64,000 nt of DNA from Deltaproteobacteria bacterium (GCA_015228875.1 JADGCS010000001.1:55886-119885); one strand, 5' to 3'. Counted from the stretch's first letter, positions 29,555 to 39,239 are shown. Numbers and translations are program-made. Notes: generated by a model from the letters alone, not told the origin.

Positions 29555-30256
29555 ATGATTATTGTAAACAAAAAAACTTTTTATACCGGTTTCTTTATGG
29601 CTGTTGTCTTTGTTTGTGTCCTTGTGGGCATGTTTATGCCTTTGTTCGAGGGAAAAAACGCCTTTGAGTCCGCTGATGACCTGTTTAATTCACTTTCCAA
29701 GGGCTCAACGTATTATATACCCGGTGTTGAGAAGGAGGTCCGGGCTATGGGGCACCAGCCCATCACTTCCGAACAAAAAACCACCGACACAGCAGACACA
29801 CTCAAGGTGTTGACCACAAACAATATACAGGTTGTTCCATCGGGCGATAAGATCAGTGTGACGGGAAACCTCGACGATATCATCAGCGTCGCACTTGGTG
29901 ATGCAGACTTAATGTTTAAAAATGACGGGGACGCGATTGTAAAAAAGTACGGTATTCCCGAGGCAAAAAGGGTGGTCTACATTTGGTGGCATGTATTGAC
30001 CGGTCTCGAAAAATCCCTCGAAAAGGCAGAACGCTTTAAAGAGGCGGCCATGACAAAAAAGGCCAAGGCACGGGGGATAGAGGTTGCCTACAATTTTTTC
30101 GCAATTAATTCACAGGATATCTCGCAGAAGTGGGGGATTCTTTTATTCTCACTGATATTCTATGTGTGCTACACACTGTGGTGGGGTTATGCCATTTTTT
30201 ATCTCGTAGATGGTGTGGGACTCAAACTCAAACCGGGCATGAAAAAAGAGGCGTAA
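29555..30256 (+). CDS. Hypothetical membrane protein
   Basis: N- and C-terminal transmembrane helices. The gene sits between TSUP-1 and the ppsA-like gene with 8-bp spacing. Confidence 0.45.
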   Translation: MIIVNKKTFYTGFFMAVVFVCVLVGMFMPLFEGKNAFESADDLFNSLSKGSTYYIPGVEKEVRAMGHQPITSEQKTTDTADTLKVLTTNNIQVVPSGDKISVTGNLDDIISVALGDADLMFKNDGDAIVKKYGIPEAKRVVYIWWHVLTGLEKSLEKAERFKEAAMTKKAKARGIEVAYNFFAINSQDISQKWGILLFSLIFYVCYTLWWGYAIFYLVDGVGLKLKPGMKKEA

Positions 30257-30263
30257 CGCCGTT

Positions 30264-32864
30264 ATGGGGCCCAAAAAACCGTTTTTTTCCTTCGTAAAAA
30301 AAAAACCTCAAAAAAATACAGAAGAGCTTCGTCACGAGTTTAAAAAGAGATATCATCATTTTAAACTCCTGCTTCTTGCAAACAGCAATGCCCTCAATGC
30401 CATGACGGAGATGGAAGAGGCCCATCAGGGGGAACGCCCGTTAAGACTCAGTTTCATCAGGTCAAGATGCACGACCATTGCCACTAATGTTTATCTGATG
30501 ATCAAAAATCTCAATGCCCTGTCTGGTGACAAATACACCAGGCTGTATGAAAAATTTAAGGAGATTCAATCCAGCATCTCGCCCTTTCTGGTTCGTCATG
30601 AGCCTCTTAAAGACCAGCCCTTGATTCTCTCCATGGAGAAACTCAATAAAACTCTTGCGGATCACTCGGGAAACAAAATGGCAAATCTCGGTGAGATCAG
30701 AAGCAGACTTGGTATTGCTGTTCCCGAAGGTTTTGTTGTGACCTCAAGGGCCTATCGTGCTTTCATGGATGACACAGGTCTCAAGTCCGCCATATACGAG
30801 TCTTTGCAAATGGCGGAGGCAGAATCCTTTGAGGACTACGACAATCTGTGCCGTGAAATCAGGCGAGTTGTTCTAAAGACTGATCTCCCTGATGCGCTAA
30901 AAAACGCCATCACCGAAGGGTATTCTGCCGTCGAAAAGAAACTGGTGGCAGGCGTGCCTGTTGCCATGAGAAGCTCTTCTTCACTGCCTGAACTGGCAGG
31001 ACGCTCCTTTGCGGGGCAGTACCACACTGTACTTGGTGTGACACAAGAGCATCTCTTTCAGGCATACAAGGAGGTCGTTGCGAGCAAATATTCACTGCCG
31101 GCGATGATGTACAGGATCAACCGCGGTATTCGTGAAGACGATGTCACAATGTGCGTCGGCTGCATGGCCATGGTGAGCGCAGAAGCGGGCGGGGTGGCCT
31201 ATTCAAAAAATCCTGTAGATGCACAGGATGACAATGTGATGATTCATTCGGTCTTTGGACACCCCAAGTGTATCATGGACGGGACTGACACAGCGGATTT
31301 GTTGGTTGTGACGAGAGAAACACCGCTGAGAATTGTCAAGAGGGACATCCCTTTAAAAACAAGGGAAATCAAATTTAACCCCGCGGGTCTTTTGTCCGAA
31401 GTGGGGATCAATGAGGAGCGTGGGCTTAAGGCCTCGCTATCCGATGAAAAGGCGCTTGAACTCGCTGCGCTTGTCCTTAAGATTGAGGATTATTACAAGA
31501 CAGCGCAGGATGTAGAGTGGGTATTGACAAGAGAGGGAAAAATTATTGTCGTGCAGTGTCGCCCCATTGTGCAAATCAGTCTTAAGGACCCCGTCAATAT
31601 TGAGGAGGATGATCATACAAGGCCGCACGGGATTCTTATGTCGGGTGGCAGCACAGCAAGTCCGGGCATTGCATCTGGTCCGGTCTTTGTGGCGAGAAAA
31701 GAAAAAGATATCCTTAATTTCCCCCAAGGGGCGGTTCTGGTTGCGGAGCAGTCCCTGCCTTACTGGGCCATTGTATTAAACAGGGCCTCCGCGGTCATTG
31801 CCGAGTCGGGCAATATCGCGGGGCATCTGGCCACTGTCGCCAGGGAATTTAATGTCCCGGCCCTTTTTGGATTAAAGGACGCCACAAAAATCTTGAAGAA
31901 CGGGGAGGCGATCACTGTTGACGCGGACCGCAGGCAGGTCTGTGAAGGCAAGATTGAAAGGGAGTCTTTAAACAGACTTAAAGAATCACAAGAGGTTTCT
32001 CAGCGGAGATATTATAAAAGCACCCCCGTTTATGCAGCCCTGTGTGGCGCGATACAGCACATCACCCCACTGCATCTGCTTGACCCCGATGCCATCGATT
32101 TTGTCCCCGAAAAATGCACGACCTTTCATGACATCACGCGATTTTGTCACGAAAAGGCATCAAACGGGATGTTTGAAACAGGGACTGACAAGGAGTTTAC
32201 AGAGTATCAGAGCAGGCAGCTTGTCTGCGACATCCCGATGCAGTTCTGGGTCATTGATCTTGACGACGGCTTTCGCGAAAGACCCGCAGACAACAACTTT
32301 GTCAAATTTGAAAATATCGTGTCGATTCCCATGCTGGCGATCTGGGCCGGGATGACGGCGATTCCATGGAAAGGCTCCCCGCCTGTTAATTTAAAGGGTT
32401 TCATGTCTGTTATTTTGGGATCAATGGGCGACACGTCACTCGATCCCTCTATGCCCTCAAGGTATGCGATAAAAAATTATTTTATGGTCTCCAAAAATTA
32501 CTGCAGCCTTCAGTCAAGATTTGGTTATCATTTTTCTTCTACCGAGGCTATTATCGGCGAAAATGCCTTTGAGAACTACATTCATTTTCGATTTAAGGGG
32601 GGTGCTGCCGACCGTCGTCAAAGGGTCGACCGTGCGAGACTGATCGCCAGCGTACTCGAAGAGATGGGCTTTCATACCGTGCTTAGAGGAGATTCGGTGG
32701 ATGCCAGAATGAAGGGGCACGATCCCATCTTTACCGAGTCACGATTAAGGATCATCGGCTATTTAACCATCCACACAAGACAACTCGACATGGTGATGGA
32801 GGGAGAAGAATCAATCCAGATCTACAAGGACAAGATTATTGCGGATGTTTTAAAACTGGTCTGA
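30264..32864 (+). CDS. PEP-utilising-enzyme family protein: PpsA-like ATP-grasp domain plus swivel phospho-histidine domain, with an unrecognised C-terminal domain
   Basis: KMANLGEIRSRLGIAVPEGFVVTSRAY (PPDK_N-like), central SGNIAGHLATVAREFNVPALFG (mobile His domain). No PEP-binding TIM-barrel motifs were seen. Confidence 0.65.
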   Translation: MGPKKPFFSFVKKKPQKNTEELRHEFKKRYHHFKLLLLANSNALNAMTEMEEAHQGERPLRLSFIRSRCTTIATNVYLMIKNLNALSGDKYTRLYEKFKEIQSSISPFLVRHEPLKDQPLILSMEKLNKTLADHSGNKMANLGEIRSRLGIAVPEGFVVTSRAYRAFMDDTGLKSAIYESLQMAEAESFEDYDNLCREIRRVVLKTDLPDALKNAITEGYSAVEKKLVAGVPVAMRSSSSLPELAGRSFAGQYHTVLGVTQEHLFQAYKEVVASKYSLPAMMYRINRGIREDDVTMCVGCMAMVSAEAGGVAYSKNPVDAQDDNVMIHSVFGHPKCIMDGTDTADLLVVTRETPLRIVKRDIPLKTREIKFNPAGLLSEVGINEERGLKASLSDEKALELAALVLKIEDYYKTAQDVEWVLTREGKIIVVQCRPIVQISLKDPVNIEEDDHTRPHGILMSGGSTASPGIASGPVFVARKEKDILNFPQGAVLVAEQSLPYWAIVLNRASAVIAESGNIAGHLATVAREFNVPALFGLKDATKILKNGEAITVDADRRQVCEGKIERESLNRLKESQEVSQRRYYKSTPVYAALCGAIQHITPLHLLDPDAIDFVPEKCTTFHDITRFCHEKASNGMFETGTDKEFTEYQSRQLVCDIPMQFWVIDLDDGFRERPADNNFVKFENIVSIPMLAIWAGMTAIPWKGSPPVNLKGFMSVILGSMGDTSLDPSMPSRYAIKNYFMVSKNYCSLQSRFGYHFSSTEAIIGENAFENYIHFRFKGGAADRRQRVDRARLIASVLEEMGFHTVLRGDSVDARMKGHDPIFTESRLRIIGYLTIHTRQLDMVMEGEESIQIYKDKIIADVLKLV

Positions 32865-33438
32865 GACCACTCGTAATCCCCAAAAAATCAAGAAGTTTGT
32901 TTTTAAATCTGATTGTGAAGGCTGGCTTTGGTCCCTCGGGGTCTGTGGGAGGGGTGTGCAGTATTTTGTTGTCACGCGCATCGCTTAATCTTGCGATCAA
33001 ACAGTCCATGTTGATGGGTTTAAGGAGATAAGCAAAGGCCCCTGATTCGAGAATGCGAATAGACAAATCCATATCTGCATGAGCGGTGAGGACAATAATT
33101 TCACACAAGGGGTGCCTTTTTTTGATTTGCTGAATGCAGTAGATGTCCTCAGCGTTGGGGGCCTGTGTGTCAAGCAGGATTACATCGGCCTTAAAAGTGG
33201 CCAGCGCTGCCAAAAGATCCTCCCGGCATGAAACACCCACTGTGTCAAGGTTTCTTGCCTTAAAGATTTTGATCATCCTTTCCCTGTAGTAATCGACATC
33301 GTTAACAAACAACACCCTGGTGCGTTCTGCATAAATCGCGTCACGCGTGCGTGGGTGATCCAAAGACACACCCTTTCGATCAGACACCCCCTCTCTAATC
33401 AAGGCGGGGTAATAACTGATGACACTGTGAAAGCTCAT
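32836..33438 (-). CDS. Response-regulator receiver-domain protein
   Basis: VLFVNDVD...VILLDTQAP...IIVLTAHAD...YLLKP. Confidence 0.7.
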   Translation of the reverse strand: MSFHSVISYYPALIREGVSDRKGVSLDHPRTRDAIYAERTRVLFVNDVDYYRERMIKIFKARNLDTVGVSCREDLLAALATFKADVILLDTQAPNAEDIYCIQQIKKRHPLCEIIVLTAHADMDLSIRILESGAFAYLLKPINMDCLIARLSDARDNKILHTPPTDPEGPKPAFTIRFKNKLLDFLGITSGLRPVLKHPQ

Positions 33439-33609
33439 AAAAATTCATTATGCAATGAGCATGCCAAAATCAGTGGGGTCCGCATTTGTTCTATCTTGTT
33501 GAAAAAAGAGACTTATTTATTAACAGCTGTTTTTGAATGCGGTGACAAACAGGACGGTAGCGTCAGATTTTTTTACAGGTTGTAAAGAACATGTGAGGGA
33601 CTTGATGTA

Positions 33610-33693
33610 TAGGAATTTCAAAGTCGACTGAGCGCGGGTGCATTCCTCGCAAAATTAAGGAATTCAATCGCGTCAAAGTCAAGTTAGTAACTT
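33610..33693 (+). repeat. Repeat family A copy
   Basis: aggaatttcaaagtcgactgagcgcgggtgcattcctcgcaaaattaaggaattcaatcgcgtcaaagtcaagttagtaacttg. Confidence 0.85.
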
Positions 33694-33700
33694 GTTAATA

Positions 33701-35131
33701 CTACCCGACCGTTGAGCGCACCTTGAGATTGTATTTTTCGATCTTGGCCTGAAGCGTTGGTCTTGTGAGCCCCAGAAGTTTGGCGGCATTGGTCCTGTTG
33801 CCATCAGTCAATTTGAGGGCTTCAGCGATAATGATTTTGCCGAACTGGTCCATTAAAGAATCAAACTTGCCATCTTGGGTCGTCGCATCGAACATGTGAC
33901 GAACAAGCTGTTGCACACTGCATTCGGGGTCGCTCATAAATTCATTGGGTGTCTTTGTGTTTTTTTTGCACAGGATAACCTGCCGCAGGTCCTTGACCTC
34001 AACGGGGGCGCCTTGAGAGAAGATCAGAACCCTTTGAATGGTGTTTTGCAGTTCCCTGACATTGCCTGGCCAGTTGTATTCTAAGAGCATGGCAACGGCA
34101 TCTTCAGTCAGGCCTGGATTGGGTTTGCCGTTTTGTGCCGAGAAAAAACTCATGAAATAATCGGTGAGCAGAGGGATATCTCCCTGACGGTCGCGTAAAG
34201 GCGGGACATTAAGGGTGACAACTTTAAGTCTGTAATAGAGATCCTCCCTGAAACTTCCCTCCGCAAGAGCCGCTTCAAGATTGCGATTGGTCATGGCCAC
34301 AATTCTCACGTCGACAGGAATGGTCTCTCTGCCGCCGAGTCTTTCGATGCATTTTTCCTGCAGGAGTCTTAAAATCTTTGCCTGAATATTTGCCGGCATA
34401 TCGCCGATTTCATCGAGGAGTACGGTTCCCTTGTTTGCCTGTTCAATCTTCCCCAGTTTTCTGCTGACGGCGCCAGTAAAGGCGCCTTTTTCGTATCCAA
34501 AAAGCTCGCTTTCGAGCAGGGTGTCGGGGATAGCCACGCAGTTGATGACGACAAAAGGTTTGTTGGATCGTTCGCTGTGCTGATAAATGGCTCTGGCCAC
34601 GAGTTCCTTGCCTGTGCCAGTCTCGCCGCGCACAAGCACTGTGGCATCGTTGGGTGCAACATGCCCGATTTCTTTGTAGAGCTTTTGCATAACCTTGCTT
34701 TGTCCTACAATGACATCGGACTTTGTCCCATCGGCAATGATATTCATGTCTATTCTTTTTCTCATGAACTGGCCCGACTTAATGGCGTCTTTGATGAGTT
34801 CAAGGATCTCCGGGATATCAAATGGTTTAAAGATGTAATCAAATGCCCCCATCTTGGTCGCTTCGATGGCCATATCTGTGGTTCCGTACGCAGTCATGAT
34901 GATCAATGGGAGTTTGGGATCGATATCGTGAATGATCAAAAAAGCGTCATACCCACTCATGCCAGGCATTTTGATATCCATCAAGACAAGGTCGGGAGAG
35001 CGGGACTCAACCAGATTGATGCCCTCCTGCCCGGTCTGTGCAATGATGACGTTATAGCCCTCAGCGATCAGAATTTTTTTAAAACTCTTGAGAAGCTGCA
35101 GATCATCATCGACTATGAGAATGGTTTCCAT
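33701..35131 (-). CDS. Sigma-54-dependent transcriptional activator (NtrC family response regulator)
   Basis: Receiver domain, AAA+ domain with GETGTGKELVARAIY and GAFTGA, and a C-terminal Fis-type HTH. Confidence 0.93.
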   Translation of the reverse strand: METILIVDDDLQLLKSFKKILIAEGYNVIIAQTGQEGINLVESRSPDLVLMDIKMPGMSGYDAFLIIHDIDPKLPLIIMTAYGTTDMAIEATKMGAFDYIFKPFDIPEILELIKDAIKSGQFMRKRIDMNIIADGTKSDVIVGQSKVMQKLYKEIGHVAPNDATVLVRGETGTGKELVARAIYQHSERSNKPFVVINCVAIPDTLLESELFGYEKGAFTGAVSRKLGKIEQANKGTVLLDEIGDMPANIQAKILRLLQEKCIERLGGRETIPVDVRIVAMTNRNLEAALAEGSFREDLYYRLKVVTLNVPPLRDRQGDIPLLTDYFMSFFSAQNGKPNPGLTEDAVAMLLEYNWPGNVRELQNTIQRVLIFSQGAPVEVKDLRQVILCKKNTKTPNEFMSDPECSVQQLVRHMFDATTQDGKFDSLMDQFGKIIIAEALKLTDGNRTNAAKLLGLTRPTLQAKIEKYNLKVRSTVG

Positions 35132-36597
35132 TATTTTTCCTCACATGGCAAAGAGATCACAAAGGTTGTTCCTTTGTTGTTTTCGGAGATGACGTGTATC
35201 TTTCCCCCGTGTTCATTGATGATCCTGACGGCAATACTCAGACCAAGACCAGTGCCGTCATCCTTTGTGCTAAAAAACGGCTGAAATATTTTTTCCTGAA
35301 CAGCCCTTGGTATGCCTGGTCCGTTATCTGCGATGCTGATGACAACGGCCCGGCCTATCGATGCATTTGTTTCAAGGTGTTCGGTAATCTCAATCCTGCC
35401 TTCTTTGACCATGGCCTCGCAGGCGTTGGTGATGATGTTGACAAGAACTTCTATCAGTTGATCTGGATCGGCCCAAATATCGGGGGATTTGTCTTTTCTG
35501 TTGATGATGACTTCTACGTTATACAATTTTAAGCGATGGTGCAGGAGTTGCAAGGTGGAGTCGACAATAGATGACGGGCTGATCTTTTTTTGCTTGAGTT
35601 TGGGTGGTCTGGCAAACTCGACAAAGTTATTGATCACGCTGTCGATGTGTCTGACCTCTTCTGAAATAACGTCAAGGTCCTCCTTCTGATCCCCTGTAAG
35701 AGCTTTGTGTCTCTGCATGGAAAAAAGTCTCATTTTAACGGATGTCAGGGGGTTGCGAACGCTGTGAGCCACACCGGCAGCCAGTTTTCCAACCTCAATC
35801 CATTTCTCTGATTTTTGCAGTATCTCGTGACTTAATTCGAGTTCGATCTTGGTCTTGTCGGCGTTTTCTATCAGGGTGTGTACACTTCTGCTTAATGTCT
35901 TGACCTCGTCGGACGGGTGCGATTCGGCGGGCGCGGCGTGGGCGTCGAATGTCAGCTGGCGTATGGGTTCGAGGATAAAATTAAGCAGGATATAACCAAG
36001 CAGTGCAGTAAAGAAGATCATCAGGCTCATCGTGACAAGGACAAAGGTATTGACAATATTTGCCTTGTGGTAATTTTTTTTGATGGCCTCGTTGATAATG
36101 CGTTGATGCAGTTCCTTGTAAGCCTCACACGATTTTTGAATTTCAAAGAATTTGCCGCGGACATCCTGATGAAGCCTGGCGCCGGCTTCTTTTTCGCCCC
36201 TTTGATACATTGTGATCACCTTGCTCTTTGAGTCAGAATATTTCTGGTATTCCACCCTGATGGTATCAAGCAGTTTTTTTTCTGGTTCGCCCTCGCTGAA
36301 TTGATTGGCCTCGGCCAGTTTTGTATCAAAGAGGTTCTGATATTTTTTGAGTTGGTCAAGCCATGCCGGGTTTCCATCAAGAAAAAAATAACTAACGTAG
36401 CCTTTTTGCATGGCGAGCGCGTTATCAAATTCGTGAGCCGAATTAAGGGCCTTGGTACTCCTGTCTATGATATTTTTTAGGGAGCCATCGACCTGATGAA
36501 TGTACCAGATGGTCACTACAGCCCCTGTGATGGCCATGATCATGATGAAAAGGAGAATGATCAGGATCCTTGTACGCAAACTCAGTTTGAAAAACAT
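35131..36597 (-). CDS. Sensor histidine kinase (partner of the NtrC-like regulator)
   Basis: N-terminal TM/HAMP region, H-box AAGVAHSVRNPLTSV, and ATPase NGPGIP...GTGLGLSIA. Confidence 0.9.
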   Translation of the reverse strand: MFFKLSLRTRILIILLFIMIMAITGAVVTIWYIHQVDGSLKNIIDRSTKALNSAHEFDNALAMQKGYVSYFFLDGNPAWLDQLKKYQNLFDTKLAEANQFSEGEPEKKLLDTIRVEYQKYSDSKSKVITMYQRGEKEAGARLHQDVRGKFFEIQKSCEAYKELHQRIINEAIKKNYHKANIVNTFVLVTMSLMIFFTALLGYILLNFILEPIRQLTFDAHAAPAESHPSDEVKTLSRSVHTLIENADKTKIELELSHEILQKSEKWIEVGKLAAGVAHSVRNPLTSVKMRLFSMQRHKALTGDQKEDLDVISEEVRHIDSVINNFVEFARPPKLKQKKISPSSIVDSTLQLLHHRLKLYNVEVIINRKDKSPDIWADPDQLIEVLVNIITNACEAMVKEGRIEITEHLETNASIGRAVVISIADNGPGIPRAVQEKIFQPFFSTKDDGTGLGLSIAVRIINEHGGKIHVISENNKGTTFVISLPCEEK

Positions 36598-36761
36598 AAT
36601 TCTTGATGTGTTGCTGCCCCTTAACGTGGCAACAAATATTTTTTACAACCTGTAAAAAAAAATGGCAACAAGCAGCTGAGTCAGGTGTCTCATATGACAG
36701 CCAGAGAGAAATTATACACTCATTTCAGTAAGATATTGCCCCATGCAGGTCATGCCTTTTC

Positions 36762-36777
36762 TGGCACACTTGTTGCT
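36762..36777 (+). promoter_or_regulatory. Sigma-54 (-24/-12) promoter TGGCAC-N5-TTGCT
   Basis: ctGGCACacttgTTGCTata matches the consensus with correct GG/GC spacing. It lies 70-90 bp upstream of the small-TM/TSUP-2 operon and is divergent from the NtrC/HK pair. Confidence 0.7.
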
Positions 36778-36780
36778 ATA

Positions 36781-36810
36781 AGATCAAGTAGGATCAAGTA
36801 GGATCAAGTG
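36781..36810 (+). repeat. 3x tandem 10-bp repeat (a/g)GATCAAGTA, followed by a gaagc-tgcttc hairpin, in the 5' leader
   Basis: agatcaagta ggatcaagta ggatcaagtg read directly. Confidence 0.8.
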
Positions 36811-36849
36811 GAAGCTGCTTCAAATTTCTTAGATAGAAAGGACGTTATT

Positions 36850-37020
36850 ATGGGAACTATCATCAACTGGATGACCGAGTTAAATTCATCTGATCGCCTG
36901 ATGTTTGGTGTTTTGACTGTGTTTACAATGGCTGGTCTCGGGATTTCAATTGCCATCATCGCAGAATTATTCTTCAGGGCTCTTGGTATCAAGTGTGACA
37001 AGATTGAAATTCAGCACTGA
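36850..37020 (+). CDS. Small (56 aa) single-pass membrane protein
   Basis: AAAGGA RBS, then ATG MGTIINW... and hydrophobic FGVLTVFTMAGLGISIAIIAELFF. It immediately precedes TSUP-2. Confidence 0.45.
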   Translation: MGTIINWMTELNSSDRLMFGVLTVFTMAGLGISIAIIAELFFRALGIKCDKIEIQH

Positions 37021-37087
37021 CTGGCTGTGTGGAACTTGGTGGGGCAACCTGTGTAAATCTTTGTAAACTTTTTTAAGGAGGATCATC

Positions 37088-38299
37088 ATGGATCTTTATT
37101 TACCTATAGCCGGTGTTGAGATCGCCGCATGGCAGCTTGTGTTGCTTGGTCTCACCGTTGGTGTGATCGGTGGTTTTTTTGGAATTGGCGGGGCCTTTAT
37201 GGTCACGCCAGCCCTTAACGTATTTGGTTTTCCGATGGCCTATGCCATCGGCACAGACATGGCGCACATCGCGGGTAAATCGATTGTGGCCACGGCCAAA
37301 CATCGCAAACTCGGTAATGTAGATTTAAGGCTGGGCATCCTGATGGTTATTTTTACGGCAATAGGCATCGAGGGGGGCGCAACGCTTATCATGTGGCTTG
37401 AAAAGATCGGCAGAGTAGGCCCCATTGTGCGTATTGTTTACATGGTTCTTCTTTTTGGACTTGGTTCCTACATGATGTACGAGTATTTCAAACTGACTCG
37501 TGGGGCGATGAGCAGCGGGGCTCATGATGCCAAGACATCAGGTCTGGCCCTCAGGATGCAGAGCCTTAAACTCAAACCCATGATCACTCTTAAAACGTCC
37601 GGTGTTCAAATTTCTCTATGGGTTATTGCGGTTGTTGCCACCTTCACGGGATTTCTTGCGGGTTTTCTGGGTGTCGGCGGCGGTTTTATCAGGATGCCCT
37701 CCCTCATCTACGTTATCGGCTGCCCAACTACGGTAGCCGTTGGCACAGATCTATTTGAGGTCATGATCTCCGGCGCATACGGCGCCTTCTCTTATGCCTA
37801 CAAGGGCCGCGTGGAGATTGTTGCAGCGATTGTCATGCTGCTTGGTGCGGCACTGGGAGCGCAGTTTGGGACTGTGGCCACAAAATACGTCAAGGGACTC
37901 ACCATACGGCTCTATTTTGCTGTGACCATGCTGCTTGCCGGTGTGTCTGTTATTTTTAAACACATTGCCTCCCACTACAAAAATATGTACGAGCCGTCGC
38001 TTATTGCATGGGCAAAGAGCACAAGTGGTTTGTCCGACAAAGTAGAGGTCAAGGACTGGATCATGATGCACAAACCTGCTGTGCAGAGTTGGGTCACTCA
38101 ACAATCCGATATCTTGCAAAGTGCCTACGTCCTGGATAAGTCCTGGAACAACTATTCTGGCTATCTGATGCTGGGTGCGGCCTGTGCCTTGAGCGCCCTG
38201 ATTATCATTAAAATGATCAGGGGTGTCATTTACGAGCGACGTCTTAATGGCTCGAAGATGCCTCTGGGGCGACAGGTAAACGTCGCAACAGCTGAATAA
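37088..38299 (+). CDS. TSUP (TauE/SafE) family membrane transporter, tandem two-domain form, paralog 2
   Basis: GGFFGIGGAFMVTPALNVFG and LGVGGGFIRMPSLIYVIG. A strong GGAGGA RBS precedes the start. Confidence 0.7.
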   Translation: MDLYLPIAGVEIAAWQLVLLGLTVGVIGGFFGIGGAFMVTPALNVFGFPMAYAIGTDMAHIAGKSIVATAKHRKLGNVDLRLGILMVIFTAIGIEGGATLIMWLEKIGRVGPIVRIVYMVLLFGLGSYMMYEYFKLTRGAMSSGAHDAKTSGLALRMQSLKLKPMITLKTSGVQISLWVIAVVATFTGFLAGFLGVGGGFIRMPSLIYVIGCPTTVAVGTDLFEVMISGAYGAFSYAYKGRVEIVAAIVMLLGAALGAQFGTVATKYVKGLTIRLYFAVTMLLAGVSVIFKHIASHYKNMYEPSLIAWAKSTSGLSDKVEVKDWIMMHKPAVQSWVTQQSDILQSAYVLDKSWNNYSGYLMLGAACALSALIIIKMIRGVIYERRLNGSKMPLGRQVNVATAE

Positions 38300-38429
38300 G
38301 GGTCTTGTCCTGCCCATACCTGGTATCCATTTGTCTTGATTGCATCCCTCACATGTTATAGAGGTCTGCCTGATTTTTTTACTCAAATATAAACCTCGTT
38401 GTGAGTCACGAGGTATTAAGGAGCAGATT

Positions 38430-39239
38430 ATGTCTATAGTCACCATCTCAAGGGGGTCGCATTGTTACGGTACAGAGATAGCCGAAAAGGTTGCCCGCAA
38501 ACTGGGATTTGAGTGTATCTCCAGAGAGATCCTGCTCGATGCCTCAAGGGATTATCATGTCCCAGAGGTCAAGCTCATCAAGGCCATTCACGATTCACCG
38601 TCTTTTCTTGACCGATTAACCCTTGGTAAAAAGAGATACATCACCTACATCCAGACAGAACTGCTTAAACACTTAAACAGGGACAATATTGTTTATCACG
38701 GCCTGGCCGGGCATTTTTTTGTGAGGGACATCAGTCATGTGCTCAAGGTGAGGGTCATCGCCGATCACGAAGACCGGATCAAGCTCGTCATGGGGCGCGA
38801 TCATGTCTCCGAAAAAGAGGCTGTTAAACTGCTCGAAAGGGACGATGCAGAACGCAAAAAATGGGGGCTTGCCCTGTACAACATCGACACAACAGATCCT
38901 TCATTGTATGATCTCGTGTTGCGTATCCGTAAATTCTCTGTCGATGACGCCGTCGACATAATCTGTCGATCTGTTCAATTAAAACAATTTCAGACCACTG
39001 CCGATTCAAAACAAAAACTCGCGGATATCCTGCTTGCCTCACGTGTCAGGTCTATCCTGATTGATATTGCAGCTATCAGAGATATATCAGCGGCAGAGGG
39101 TGTCGTCTATGTCTCCCTTGAGGGACACGCGCTTCAACTGGATGAATTGCATACCCTGATCAGAAAAAAAATCTTTGATGAGGTTGGCTTTTCAGAGGTC
39201 AAATTTGAATCGATCATCACCGGCGGTCTCGCAGATTAA
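38430..39239 (+). CDS. Cytidylate-kinase-like family P-loop protein
   Basis: IVTISRGSHCYGTEIAEKVARKLGF is a (d)CMP-kinase-like N-terminus. An AAGGAG RBS is present. Confidence 0.55.
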   Translation: MSIVTISRGSHCYGTEIAEKVARKLGFECISREILLDASRDYHVPEVKLIKAIHDSPSFLDRLTLGKKRYITYIQTELLKHLNRDNIVYHGLAGHFFVRDISHVLKVRVIADHEDRIKLVMGRDHVSEKEAVKLLERDDAERKKWGLALYNIDTTDPSLYDLVLRIRKFSVDDAVDIICRSVQLKQFQTTADSKQKLADILLASRVRSILIDIAAIRDISAAEGVVYVSLEGHALQLDELHTLIRKKIFDEVGFSEVKFESIITGGLAD

